Shown here: positions 23,375 to 31,466 of the stretch, one piece after another | Layout: each line of letters starts with the position of its first letter | How positions within the stretch are numbered: the first letter of the stretch is position 1 | Assembly (NCBI GenBank): GCA_018302685.1 | Contig: JAGVZK010000021.1 | Span: 1 to 49,394, forward strand | Direction: 5' to 3' | DNA length: 49,394 bases | From: Candidatus Woesearchaeota archaeon | GTDB lineage: Archaea > Nanobdellota > Nanobdellia > SCGC-AAA011-G17 > GW2011-AR20 | The notes under the pieces: generated by a model | The model's input: the letters and a program-made list of their open reading frames with translations, nothing else | The model's database searches: none | Told to the model about the DNA's origin: nothing | Position numbers and translations under genes: made by a program

Positions 23375-23453
23375 ACTTCAGGATAATAGGCGGTGCTTGG
23401 GGAATTTCCAAATATAGAACTTGTATTGTACAACGTTGAATTCAAAATCAAAC
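23300..23453. repeat. exact tandem duplication, 2 x 77 bp
   Basis: 23300-23376 and 23377-23453 are identical base for base (checked by hand). 77 is not a multiple of 3, so the repeat breaks the reading frame of the LamG gene. Confidence 0.95.
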
Positions 23454-24660
23454 TTCCGGAATTATTATAAATATTCAGCACAGGATGCAGTATATCTCCA
23501 TCCAAGTCGCTTTGGTTGGTCCAGTTCATTCTGGTGTGATTGCTGCCTGTCCAAGTCACATTTGTCGGATATGTCAAACTGAAGTTCGCAAAGGGCTGGG
23601 TATTCAGGATTTTAACTTGATAATCCTCCTGCTTAAGAACTACATCCATAAGCACTGGAGTCAAATTTGTATTCAGGGTTTCAAATAAAGCCATGTATTG
23701 AAGATACCTGTAAGATTCTGTTAAATTCTGGATTGAATTTGAGCTTCCATTCGGGATATAATAACTTGACCATGCACTCCAATTTATTTCATTATCTGCT
23801 GCCAATCTGCTTATTCCTGATATATTTGAGGCATTCCAGGAATTTCCAACTCTTGTCTGCAGTTTGAGATTTCCCTCAATGCTTCTGTTATAAATTTCAT
23901 AAACTTCAGTTGATGTTAAAGCCCTGTCCCATATTGCAACTTCATCCAGAGCCCCTACACTATAATCAGGTCCTGTGTACTGATATGCCCCAAGGACAAA
24001 ATTATCCCTGTTATTTATATCCCCCAGCCAGCTCCCATCATTAGAACCTAATGACATAGTAAATGATTGATTTATTCCGTCTATATACAATAGATACTGT
24101 GCACCATCAGAGCCAAAAACAAAATTATGCCATTCATTATCACTATACTGCCCATCAGAACCTACTACAACCTGCCTCCATCCTGCTATTCCATTATTCC
24201 AATAAAAATTAAATTTCCCATTATTAATCCCCAAGAGCAATAGATATATATTATTTCCTGTGTCAGTATCCCCAAAAGTAACATGATACTCGGACCCACT
24301 TCCTACACTTGATTTAAACCAATATGATATCATTCCAGCTTGGTCACCGCTTCTATAATTGGATGAATTATAAACTAAATACTGGCTTCCATTGAACCAT
24401 GTTGCACTTGTATCAATCACATGAATCCCTGTTCCGTTCATATTTATTGTTCCTGCCTGAACGCCCCCAACACTCGCAAATTGGATGGAATTATTTAAGT
24501 AACTTACATTGTTAGAGCCATCCCATCCAAATACCAACCCTGAAGGATAATAGCTTAGATGAGGAATATCATACCCAAAGCCTATCTCGGAGGCATTTGG
24601 ATTAACCCCCAAGTCAAATATCATTGAAGTAAAATTCCCTTTTGAAAAGTATCCATTCAC
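23371..24660 (-). CDS. LamG/concanavalin-like lectin-domain protein, N-terminal part of the split gene
   Basis: 429 aa with a GTG start overlapping the upstream stop (GTGA). LDEVAIWDRALTSTEVYEIYN is the LamG terminal motif. No signal peptide. Confidence 0.8.
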   Translation of the reverse strand: MNGYFSKGNFTSMIFDLGVNPNASEIGFGYDIPHLSYYPSGLVFGWDGSNNVSYLNNSIQFASVGGVQAGTINMNGTGIHVIDTSATWFNGSQYLVYNSSNYRSGDQAGMISYWFKSSVGSGSEYHVTFGDTDTGNNIYLLLLGINNGKFNFYWNNGIAGWRQVVVGSDGQYSDNEWHNFVFGSDGAQYLLYIDGINQSFTMSLGSNDGSWLGDINNRDNFVLGAYQYTGPDYSVGALDEVAIWDRALTSTEVYEIYNRSIEGNLKLQTRVGNSWNASNISGISRLAADNEINWSAWSSYYIPNGSSNSIQNLTESYRYLQYMALFETLNTNLTPVLMDVVLKQEDYQVKILNTQPFANFSLTYPTNVTWTGSNHTRMNWTNQSDLDGDILHPVLNIYNNSGSLILNSTLYNTSSIFGNSPSTAYYPEV

Positions 24661-26324
24661 CTAAAGTCCCCAATAGTTGTATCTATGACATACCTGTTCG
24701 TTGAATTGTCCCCATTTATCTGGCAGTAAATCCTGTCCCCCTTCACGAAATTGCCAGATGATAGAGAGCTTGTATTGCTTCCCAAAGCAGCATCATTCTT
24801 GAACCATTCATAGCTTAAAACAGAAAGGGTTGTATTTGCATAATTGCAGTAGAGAGTGTCATTCACTCTCGCAACAGCGAACTTCTTGTAATCCAAAGTT
24901 GAAGCAGTGTCCATCCACACGGCACTTTGATTGAATTCTGGATTTGTGGTTGAGACAAATTCCAGATTGTTATAAACAGTCCCTAAGTAAACTCCATAAT
25001 TCCTCTCAGAGAAATGGTCAACTATCCATTCAACAACAAAAATGCTTACATTGTTTTCACCAAGCGAGTAATAGGAATCATAAACCCCGATGCTGGCATT
25101 GTTGTCCATATCAGAAATAGACACTGGTTCCCCCTCATAGCCATAGAGAGCAGTGTAGCCAATTACATTCTCATAATATATATCAGAGCCAAATCTGACG
25201 ATCCTTCCATTCTGGATTCCATAGTCCTCAATCGTCCTTGGGCCTTCAGTCTGGTATTCAATTTCAACTTCATTTACACTGTCCTCAATAACAAGGCTTA
25301 CATTCTCAGTAAGATTTGATTCTCCCCCAAAGACAGCAAAGCCGGTGATTCCCCCAAGCCAGTCAAATACAGAATTCCCTGTAATCAAATTTCCGCTGCC
25401 AAGATCTTTTACACTACCATCTTCAACAACCTTGACCCTGTCATTGATCTCAATTTCAGAGCCGCCTTCAATTTTGGTCACGGTAACATTGCTTGCCAAT
25501 TTTGGTATCTCGATTGTAAGATTATCCGAGCTCTGCTCCAGCCTGACAACTTTTTTCCACCTTACAGGCTGGTTTATCCTTATCGGCTCAACAAGCGTTG
25601 TATTCTCTTCGATTCCACTTGGTAATGTAACATTTTCCTGTAGTGTAACATTCTCTATCGTCTCATTCACAGCCTCAACTATGTAGTCGCTTATGTTTAT
25701 TTCAATTGGATTATCAATGCTCTCATTGATTTCAATCGTGTAGTTGCTTGCGTTTAATTCAGGAACGTCTTCCATAGAATCTTCAACAACAAGCGTATCG
25801 CCTACAATCCCTACAATTCCACCATTGTCAATCAGGCTGAGTGTAACAGAATATTCTCCAGGATCCAGCTCAAGCCCAAAATCAGAAGCCCCCGCGTTTA
25901 GCGTGTCTATATAGTATCCATCTTCATCGGCTTCAAGCCCGAACTCTGATATGCTTCTCGAATATTCATCAAGATCAACAAGTAAAATGACGGATGCATT
26001 TGAAGACACATGCTCATTGATTTCAAGGTTGATGCCATCATTCTCAAACACAACAAAGCCAGTAATTCCATAGTTGAAGTAGAAAAAAAGCCCTCCTAAG
26101 AAGAGTATTCCTATTACCAAGAGAGGAATTGCACCACTTATCTTAGGATGCTGAACAACATAATCAGAAGAAGAATAATTTGAATTTCTGAGAGCCTTTT
26201 CTTTCCTGACGGCTTCTCTCTTATCGGAGCTTAAAAAGATATTTTTTACATTGCCATCTTTCCTGTAGTTGGTATACCAGTAGTCATATGACCTGCCATT
26301 CCTCACCACTGTCTTCCTATACAA
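24657..26324 (-). CDS. signal-anchored surface protein with basic cytoplasmic N-terminal module
   Basis: 555 aa. A TTG start at 26324 is preceded by AGGTGA (6-nt spacer), and an in-frame TGA lies three codons upstream. TM helix AIPLLVIGILFLGGLFFYF. The ectodomain is acidic and rich in N-x-S/T. Confidence 0.75.
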   Translation of the reverse strand: MYRKTVVRNGRSYDYWYTNYRKDGNVKNIFLSSDKREAVRKEKALRNSNYSSSDYVVQHPKISGAIPLLVIGILFLGGLFFYFNYGITGFVVFENDGINLEINEHVSSNASVILLVDLDEYSRSISEFGLEADEDGYYIDTLNAGASDFGLELDPGEYSVTLSLIDNGGIVGIVGDTLVVEDSMEDVPELNASNYTIEINESIDNPIEINISDYIVEAVNETIENVTLQENVTLPSGIEENTTLVEPIRINQPVRWKKVVRLEQSSDNLTIEIPKLASNVTVTKIEGGSEIEINDRVKVVEDGSVKDLGSGNLITGNSVFDWLGGITGFAVFGGESNLTENVSLVIEDSVNEVEIEYQTEGPRTIEDYGIQNGRIVRFGSDIYYENVIGYTALYGYEGEPVSISDMDNNASIGVYDSYYSLGENNVSIFVVEWIVDHFSERNYGVYLGTVYNNLEFVSTTNPEFNQSAVWMDTASTLDYKKFAVARVNDTLYCNYANTTLSVLSYEWFKNDAALGSNTSSLSSGNFVKGDRIYCQINGDNSTNRYVIDTTIGDFR

Positions 26325-26419
26325 AGGGCATCACCTTTCCAATAGAGAAACAGCTAGAAGAAACACTCCCTAACCGCTTAAAAGCATATGCTACAATAAC
26401 CATCAACCTCTTTTTTTAC

Positions 26420-26462
26420 AGTGGTGCAAATCCAGAAATAAGTGGTGCAACCCTAATATAAA
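26420..26462 (-). promoter_or_regulatory. candidate promoter/operator: TATA-like TTTATATT plus a 10-bp direct repeat
   Basis: On the minus strand, TTTATATT (26455-26462) is followed by TTGCACCACT twice (26441-26450 and 26420-26429), 21 bp apart. The region lies upstream of the 26324 operon. Confidence 0.35.
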
Positions 26463-26510
26463 TGTTGCTATTGCAGGGAATAAAGCCCACAAATAGTGAA
26501 TAGAGGCATT

Positions 26511-26954
26511 TCAATGATTCACTTCGCTTATTGACTCGTAAATTTCCTTTGTTTTGTTGTAAAGCTCAGCTCTTTGAACATCAGTCACCTGCTCTGACAA
26601 GTTGCCATAGAGCTCCAAAAGCTTGTTGTAGTGGTTTGCAGCAGCCTCAACTTTGTTTTCAATGACAAGAAGCCTTGTTTCCTCAGCAAGCTTGTTGAAG
26701 TCAATAACATTATCAATAACCCACCGGTCAGATCTGTGAATTATCTTAGCCTTCAGACGCGATGCATGAGCTGCGGAATGATGTTTTACTTTTCTAAGCA
26801 GGATTTTCTTTGTTTCCTTTTTTGATTTATGTTTCCCGCCTTCAACAATTTCTTTTCCAAGATATATGCTCTTCACCTTTCCATTGACTCTCTTGCTTTC
26901 ATACTTGTACCTGTAAATCTGCCCGCCTTTCTTTATTTCCCTTATGAAAGCCAT
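26511..26954 (-). CDS. hypothetical protein sharing an N-terminal module with the 555-aa protein
   Basis: 147 aa. FIREIKKGGQIYRYKYESKRVNGKVKSIYLG aligns with YRKTVVRNGRSYDYWYTNYRKDGNVKNIFLS of the 24657-26324 product. The C-terminus is helical. Confidence 0.6.
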   Translation of the reverse strand: MAFIREIKKGGQIYRYKYESKRVNGKVKSIYLGKEIVEGGKHKSKKETKKILLRKVKHHSAAHASRLKAKIIHRSDRWVIDNVIDFNKLAEETRLLVIENKVEAAANHYNKLLELYGNLSEQVTDVQRAELYNKTKEIYESISEVNH

Positions 26955-27043
26955 ATAAAAATGTAGTGTAATTTATATATAAATCTTTCTCTACACTACA
27001 AATGATTCCGAATTCCTTCTCAATAATTTCTTTAATAAGACAC

Positions 27044-27253
27044 TTACAATTCATCCAGAACTTTGACTCTGCTCTTAAAGCCCTTTACAATCCTTAATTT
27101 TGTCTTGAACTCCTTGGAGAGGAACTTAACCAGTTCAAGGTTGGCTTCGTTGTTCTTTGGCTTGGCATTGAGATCAACAAAATTCTTCCCCTCTTTTGAA
27201 TAAAATTTATTCCTGCTGCAGTTGGCTTTCACTTTGACTTCAATAGGAAACAT
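27044..27253 (-). CDS. DUF167 (YggU)-like small protein
   Basis: 69 aa. The pattern V-K-V-K-A ... AKPKNNEANLELVKFLSKEF ... RIVKGFKSRVKVL fits the DUF167 consensus. Confidence 0.5.
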   Translation of the reverse strand: MFPIEVKVKANCSRNKFYSKEGKNFVDLNAKPKNNEANLELVKFLSKEFKTKLRIVKGFKSRVKVLDEL

Positions 27254-27596
27254 CTTTCAGCTTTTCCTTCAGAACAGCAAGCTCTTTTTCAAGATTGTCA
27301 ACCTCATTGTCTTTTCTTACATAGCCATCGTACTCTATGTTGATCTTTTCAGCCTCCATCTTGAGCTTTTCCTCCTCATTGTATTCAAGCCTCGGAAATT
27401 TCATCCTCAGCGTGACCATGAGATTGTGGAGCTCTTTCGTGTATGCCTGAAGAAAAAGAAAAGTCTTGTGCTTGGCATGCCTCAGCTCAGCCAGTCTCTC
27501 AAAGTCCTCCATCATTTCAATTGCATGTATACTGCTCTCAAGAAGGTCCTTTCTCAGGCCCACGGGCGAATCTAAAGTAGTGTAAACCTTACTCAT
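27240..27596 (-). CDS. hypothetical coiled-coil protein
   Basis: 118 aa. It overlaps its neighbours by 14 and 8 nt, suggesting translational coupling. No family recognised. Confidence 0.55.
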   Translation of the reverse strand: MSKVYTTLDSPVGLRKDLLESSIHAIEMMEDFERLAELRHAKHKTFLFLQAYTKELHNLMVTLRMKFPRLEYNEEEKLKMEAEKINIEYDGYVRKDNEVDNLEKELAVLKEKLKDVSY

Positions 27597-27948
27597 TTTC
27601 TATGTCATAGAGGATTTCATCCATCTTGTTGAGCTTGGTCTTGACGTGCTCCATTTCAGAATGCCACTTCGCAAGGTACTCATCCTCCTGCGTCTTCATC
27701 CTCTGCATATCGCTTACAAGCCTGTCAATGTCCTTTATTTTTTCCTTTATTTTTTCCACGATGTCAATAGCCTCTCTGTAATGGTCCATCTTGACAAATA
27801 TTTTTTTCTTGACATTCGGCTCTGAAATTGAAAATGAGTTATGGCTTTCAATCTCCCCAAGATCAGATCCCCTTATAACCCCTATGTCAATTGAAGAAGG
27901 CTTAGGCAACTCCTGAAGCGATTTATTCTGTGATGTAAAAATTCCCAT
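27589..27948 (-). CDS. hypothetical coiled-coil protein
   Basis: 119 aa, first gene of a small minus-strand operon, with GGAGGTAT upstream (27955-27962, minus strand). Confidence 0.55.
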   Translation of the reverse strand: MGIFTSQNKSLQELPKPSSIDIGVIRGSDLGEIESHNSFSISEPNVKKKIFVKMDHYREAIDIVEKIKEKIKDIDRLVSDMQRMKTQEDEYLAKWHSEMEHVKTKLNKMDEILYDIENE

Positions 27949-28068
27949 TATAATACCTCCAAAACAATAGGATATATAACTTAATCATTATTAAATTCTT
28001 CCTTTTTACTCTACAATAACAAATTAATTTTCCAAAAAGCTTATATACACTACAGCGAATAATATTGC

Positions 28069-30561
28069 ATGCTTAAGAGGAGTTTGTTGTTGGTTATTTT
28101 TCTTGCATTTTCCAATAGGGTTTCCGCTGTAGCGCTCTTCGGCCAGGACTATTCTTTGACATTGATTGTCCCTGTGCTTATGATCCTATTTGCACTACTT
28201 TTCTTTCTTGGGATATACCTTAAAGACAACTGGAAAAGATTCAAGCTGCCAGTTCACAGAAAACACAGGAAGCATGAAGTTAAAGTGGAGACTGATTTCA
28301 GCAGTGAGTTTTCAAATCTGAAGAAATCTCTCAAGAAGCAGTCTGATGGGCAGGCATTGGATTCAATAGAAGACCTGACCAAAAAGTTTCTTGGCGAAAA
28401 ATTAAAAATAATAGGTGAGTTCTCATTTGAAGAGCTTCCAAAAGAAAGGCTCTCTCTGTCAACCAGAAGCTTCATAGAAAAAATATCTGAACTGAAATAC
28501 AGCGGTGAGGCAGTGACAAGGCAGAAGATAGCCAATCTCCTCTTTCAGCTGTCAGGGCTCCTAAGAGTCAGATTCGCCGGTGATGAAGCCCCCCACAAAA
28601 AGAGATTCAGATTCAGGATTCCAAAGATCTCATTGAATTTATTTCCAAAGAAAAAATACGCCCCCAAAAGCCTCAAGGTTCCAAGACCTAACAAGTTGAA
28701 TCTGTCCCCTCCAAAACCATCAAGCAATCTTGGCGCGGTGGAAAGATTGAACCGGAGGCTTATGGGGCTGATGCGGAAGATTGAGCTGAGCCTATCCAGA
28801 CCAAAGAAGGCTTTGAAGCTCTATCAGAAGGCCGTTGAACTCAACAGAGTAATTCCAAGGTCAGGTTTGACCAGTAAGCTGAAAGAGTTAAACAGCAGGA
28901 TATTAACCTACAAGGAAAAAGAAGACAAGACAAAGCTGAAGAAAGCCAGATCAAAAAAGAATAAGAATTTAGAGAAGACATCGCAGGCAATCCAGCAGCT
29001 GGTAAAGCAGACAGAAGCAAATATAATAGATTACAGGAAGGCATTAAAGCTGCATGAAAAGGCTGTGAAGCTCAACAAGACAGTTCCTCATCACGAATTT
29101 TCAGGCAAGTTGTCCGCTCTGTACCAGAGCATAGTAAGAACAAAGGAAAGACAGAACGAAATTAAGCTAAGGAATATAGACCTGCAGAATCAGAAAAAAA
29201 TAAAGCAGGTGAGGGATTCAAAAACAAGTGAAGTAAGAAGAGTAATGAAAATAGCTGAGAATAACATTTCAAATGTAAGCAAAGCCCTGAAGATTCATTC
29301 AAAAGCACTGAAATTAAATCAAGGAATACCAAATTCCCACCTTCAAAAAGAGCTGAAGGACCTCCATGATAAAATACTCTGTGAAAGGCAGAAACAGATA
29401 AGAGACGCAAAAAAAAGGGAACTTGAAAAGATAAACGGGGAAATATCAGAGCTAATTCAAATGTCTGAAAGCAGTATAAAGAATACAAAAAAGGCCTTGA
29501 AATTCTATGAAAGAGCACTTGGAATCTACACATCCCTTCCTGAAAGGCAGGGATTCACAGCAAGATTAAAGGAGCTTCATGAAAAGATTCTTGAAAACAA
29601 GATAAGGCCGATAGCCTCTCCTCTGGAAAATAAAAAGATTGAACTTCCAGAGAAGGAATATCAGGCCAAGAAGAAGCACTCTTCCGCAAATCCAAATAAA
29701 ATAATAAGGCTGTTGAAAAAGGCAGAAAGAATGTCATCCAGAAACCCTCTTCTCTCAAAAAAGTTCCACGACAGGGCTCTCTTCATGTATTATGAGCTGC
29801 CTATTCAGGATGAAAAACAGATAACTTCCAGGCTGTCTGGATTCTATGAAAAAATTCAGGGTCCAAAGCATCTTGTGGAATACAAGAAGAATGACCTTCA
29901 CAAGACAAGAGAAGCATTGAAGGAATACCAGAAATACAAGAATTATGTCATTCTTGAAGAATCCAAGGACAGGAATGAAATTTCGAGGCATCTCCAAGAC
30001 ATTAAAAAGCATGCTCTGGCTCACCTCTCAAAGGAAAAAAATCCCTCTATGAAGAGATCAATAAACAGCCTGTTGAGAAATATAAACAAGAAGCATGAAA
30101 AAATAATCAATCTTGACACGAGAGAGATTGAAAATCTCCATAAGAGTTCCCAGAACCTTCTGAACGAAATATCCTCGAAATCAAGAAGAGTATCATCTCC
30201 TGTTTCAGAAGATGAGCATAGCATAAATGATTCAGCAAAAAGCCTGTTCGAAAAGCTTGGGATAAAGCATCACTCTCCTCACATCCCAAGGCAGATTACA
30301 GATATCCCAAAGCCAAGGACTCCTGAGCCAATATCAACTTCAGGTGAAGCCGCAGGAGAGCCGGAAGTCTTTGGTGAGGAGTTGATTAAGCCGAAGATAA
30401 TCCTAAAAGCTGCAAAGATTCACATAAGGCCCCCGGAACTGCATGAAAGAAAAATACCTGAATCAATCAAAAGATTGCAGAAGGAGAAAGAGATGCTTAA
30501 TGAAAAACTAAGGTCTTTAGAATATCAGGATGATATATTGGGAAAAATAAGGAATCAATAA
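28069..30561 (+). CDS. membrane-anchored, Lys-rich protein with five or six internal repeats
   Basis: 830 aa with a signal-like segment and a TM helix at the N-terminus. The repeated module K-A-L-K-[LIF]-[YH]-x-[KR]-A-[VL]-x-[LI]-[NY]-x3-P ... L-x-x-L-[HNY]-x-[KRS]-I-[LV] starts at about 28807, 29038, 29281, 29491, 29752 and possibly 29908. Confidence 0.75.
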   Translation: MLKRSLLLVIFLAFSNRVSAVALFGQDYSLTLIVPVLMILFALLFFLGIYLKDNWKRFKLPVHRKHRKHEVKVETDFSSEFSNLKKSLKKQSDGQALDSIEDLTKKFLGEKLKIIGEFSFEELPKERLSLSTRSFIEKISELKYSGEAVTRQKIANLLFQLSGLLRVRFAGDEAPHKKRFRFRIPKISLNLFPKKKYAPKSLKVPRPNKLNLSPPKPSSNLGAVERLNRRLMGLMRKIELSLSRPKKALKLYQKAVELNRVIPRSGLTSKLKELNSRILTYKEKEDKTKLKKARSKKNKNLEKTSQAIQQLVKQTEANIIDYRKALKLHEKAVKLNKTVPHHEFSGKLSALYQSIVRTKERQNEIKLRNIDLQNQKKIKQVRDSKTSEVRRVMKIAENNISNVSKALKIHSKALKLNQGIPNSHLQKELKDLHDKILCERQKQIRDAKKRELEKINGEISELIQMSESSIKNTKKALKFYERALGIYTSLPERQGFTARLKELHEKILENKIRPIASPLENKKIELPEKEYQAKKKHSSANPNKIIRLLKKAERMSSRNPLLSKKFHDRALFMYYELPIQDEKQITSRLSGFYEKIQGPKHLVEYKKNDLHKTREALKEYQKYKNYVILEESKDRNEISRHLQDIKKHALAHLSKEKNPSMKRSINSLLRNINKKHEKIINLDTREIENLHKSSQNLLNEISSKSRRVSSPVSEDEHSINDSAKSLFEKLGIKHHSPHIPRQITDIPKPRTPEPISTSGEAAGEPEVFGEELIKPKIILKAAKIHIRPPELHERKIPESIKRLQKEKEMLNEKLRSLEYQDDILGKIRNQ

Positions 30562-30595
30562 ATTTAAAAAAGATATTTCTCATGATTTTATAAAC

Positions 30596-30667
30596 GGGCT
30601 CATGGCTCAATGGTAGAGCATCACCCTTACAAGGTGAGGGTTCCAGGTTCGAGTCCTGGTGGGCCCA
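30596..30667 (+). tRNA. tRNA-Val (anticodon UAC)
   Basis: A hand-folded cloverleaf: acceptor GGGCTCA/TGGGCCC, D stem GCTC/GAGC, anticodon stem TCACC/GGTGA with loop CTTACAA, T arm CCAGG-TTCGAGT-CCTGG, discriminator A. No encoded CCA. Confidence 0.9.
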
Positions 30668-30854
30668 TATTAAATTTTCTAATAAAATATGGATTTCTTA
30701 GCAAAATAAGTAAACAAAAATCAAAGGGTTATGATCAAACCTATGATTTTTTTAATATTAAATTCATTGTATTCAAAACAATAAGAAATTGCTGAAATTG
30801 ATTATGAAGTTGTAGTAGTTCACATTATTATGGGAATCTTCCAGTAAAAAATAA

Positions 30855-31466
30855 TTACAATTTACTTAAAATCCTTAATTTTTTTAATTTATACTCTCTA
30901 GGATTCAAGCCAAGATACTTGTAATCTTTAAAAGAAGTTAAAATTTGTTTGATTCTCATTTCATAACCTTTAATATTATAATTATCTAAAATTTTATGAT
31001 ATTTTTTAAAATCAATATCAACATAAAAGAGCAAAGTCAGAATATCAATCCTGTCTTTTTCACCTTTAACGCTGTCCTTTCTGTCAATTTCAGCATTCTG
31101 TTTTAGAATTAATAATAGTTCAGGAATTACAACATTGAAACCGTGCGTCTTAGTGCTAAATTTTTTAATGTCCTCTACGGGAATTCCGAGTTTGGAATAG
31201 TAAGGAACATAAATATCTATATCAATTTCATCAATTTCAATTTCATATTTTTTAAGATTATCATTTTTTACAAGGTTATAATTATTTTTCAAAATATCTA
31301 ATTGTTTTAAATCAACAACAACAACAATGTCTTTTGACTTGTGTAGATTAGTCCATAAGTAAGCCGCCCATCCACCAATCAGAATAAAATCAAAATCTGA
31401 TTTTTTTAAATCTTGTAATATCTTAAAACTCTTTTCAGTTAACAGGCTATTCCAGAAATTTTCCAA
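30855..31466 (-). CDS. nucleotidyltransferase-fold protein (AbiEii/minimal-NTase-like, tentative)
   Basis: 203 aa. FILIGGWAAYLW...SKDIVVVVD resembles the GG-x-A ... D-x-D NTase motif. IDIDIY and KGEKDRIDILTLL are also typical of this fold. 20-nt overlap with the upstream wHTH gene. Confidence 0.4.
   Translation of the reverse strand: MENFWNSLLTEKSFKILQDLKKSDFDFILIGGWAAYLWTNLHKSKDIVVVVDLKQLDILKNNYNLVKNDNLKKYEIEIDEIDIDIYVPYYSKLGIPVEDIKKFSTKTHGFNVVIPELLLILKQNAEIDRKDSVKGEKDRIDILTLLFYVDIDFKKYHKILDNYNIKGYEMRIKQILTSFKDYKYLGLNPREYKLKKLRILSKL

Noticed and set aside
23300-23453. CRISPR array or other spaced repeats.
   Set aside because: There are only two directly abutting copies with no spacers. No repeat-spacer architecture was seen anywhere in the window.
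24657-24663. Possible frameshift fusion of the 555-aa and 429-aa ORFs at the GTGA junction.
   Set aside because: The downstream frame is closed by TAG immediately upstream of its GTG, and there is no slippery sequence. Ordinary stop/start coupling is the simpler explanation.
27222-27575. 117-aa plus-strand ORF.
   Set aside because: It is fully antisense to the 27240-27596 gene. That gene belongs to a tightly coupled minus-strand operon and has better start context.
30610-30795. 61-aa plus-strand ORF starting inside tRNA-Val.
   Set aside because: Its first ~20 codons are simply the tRNA sequence read as protein, and the remainder is AT-rich spacer.
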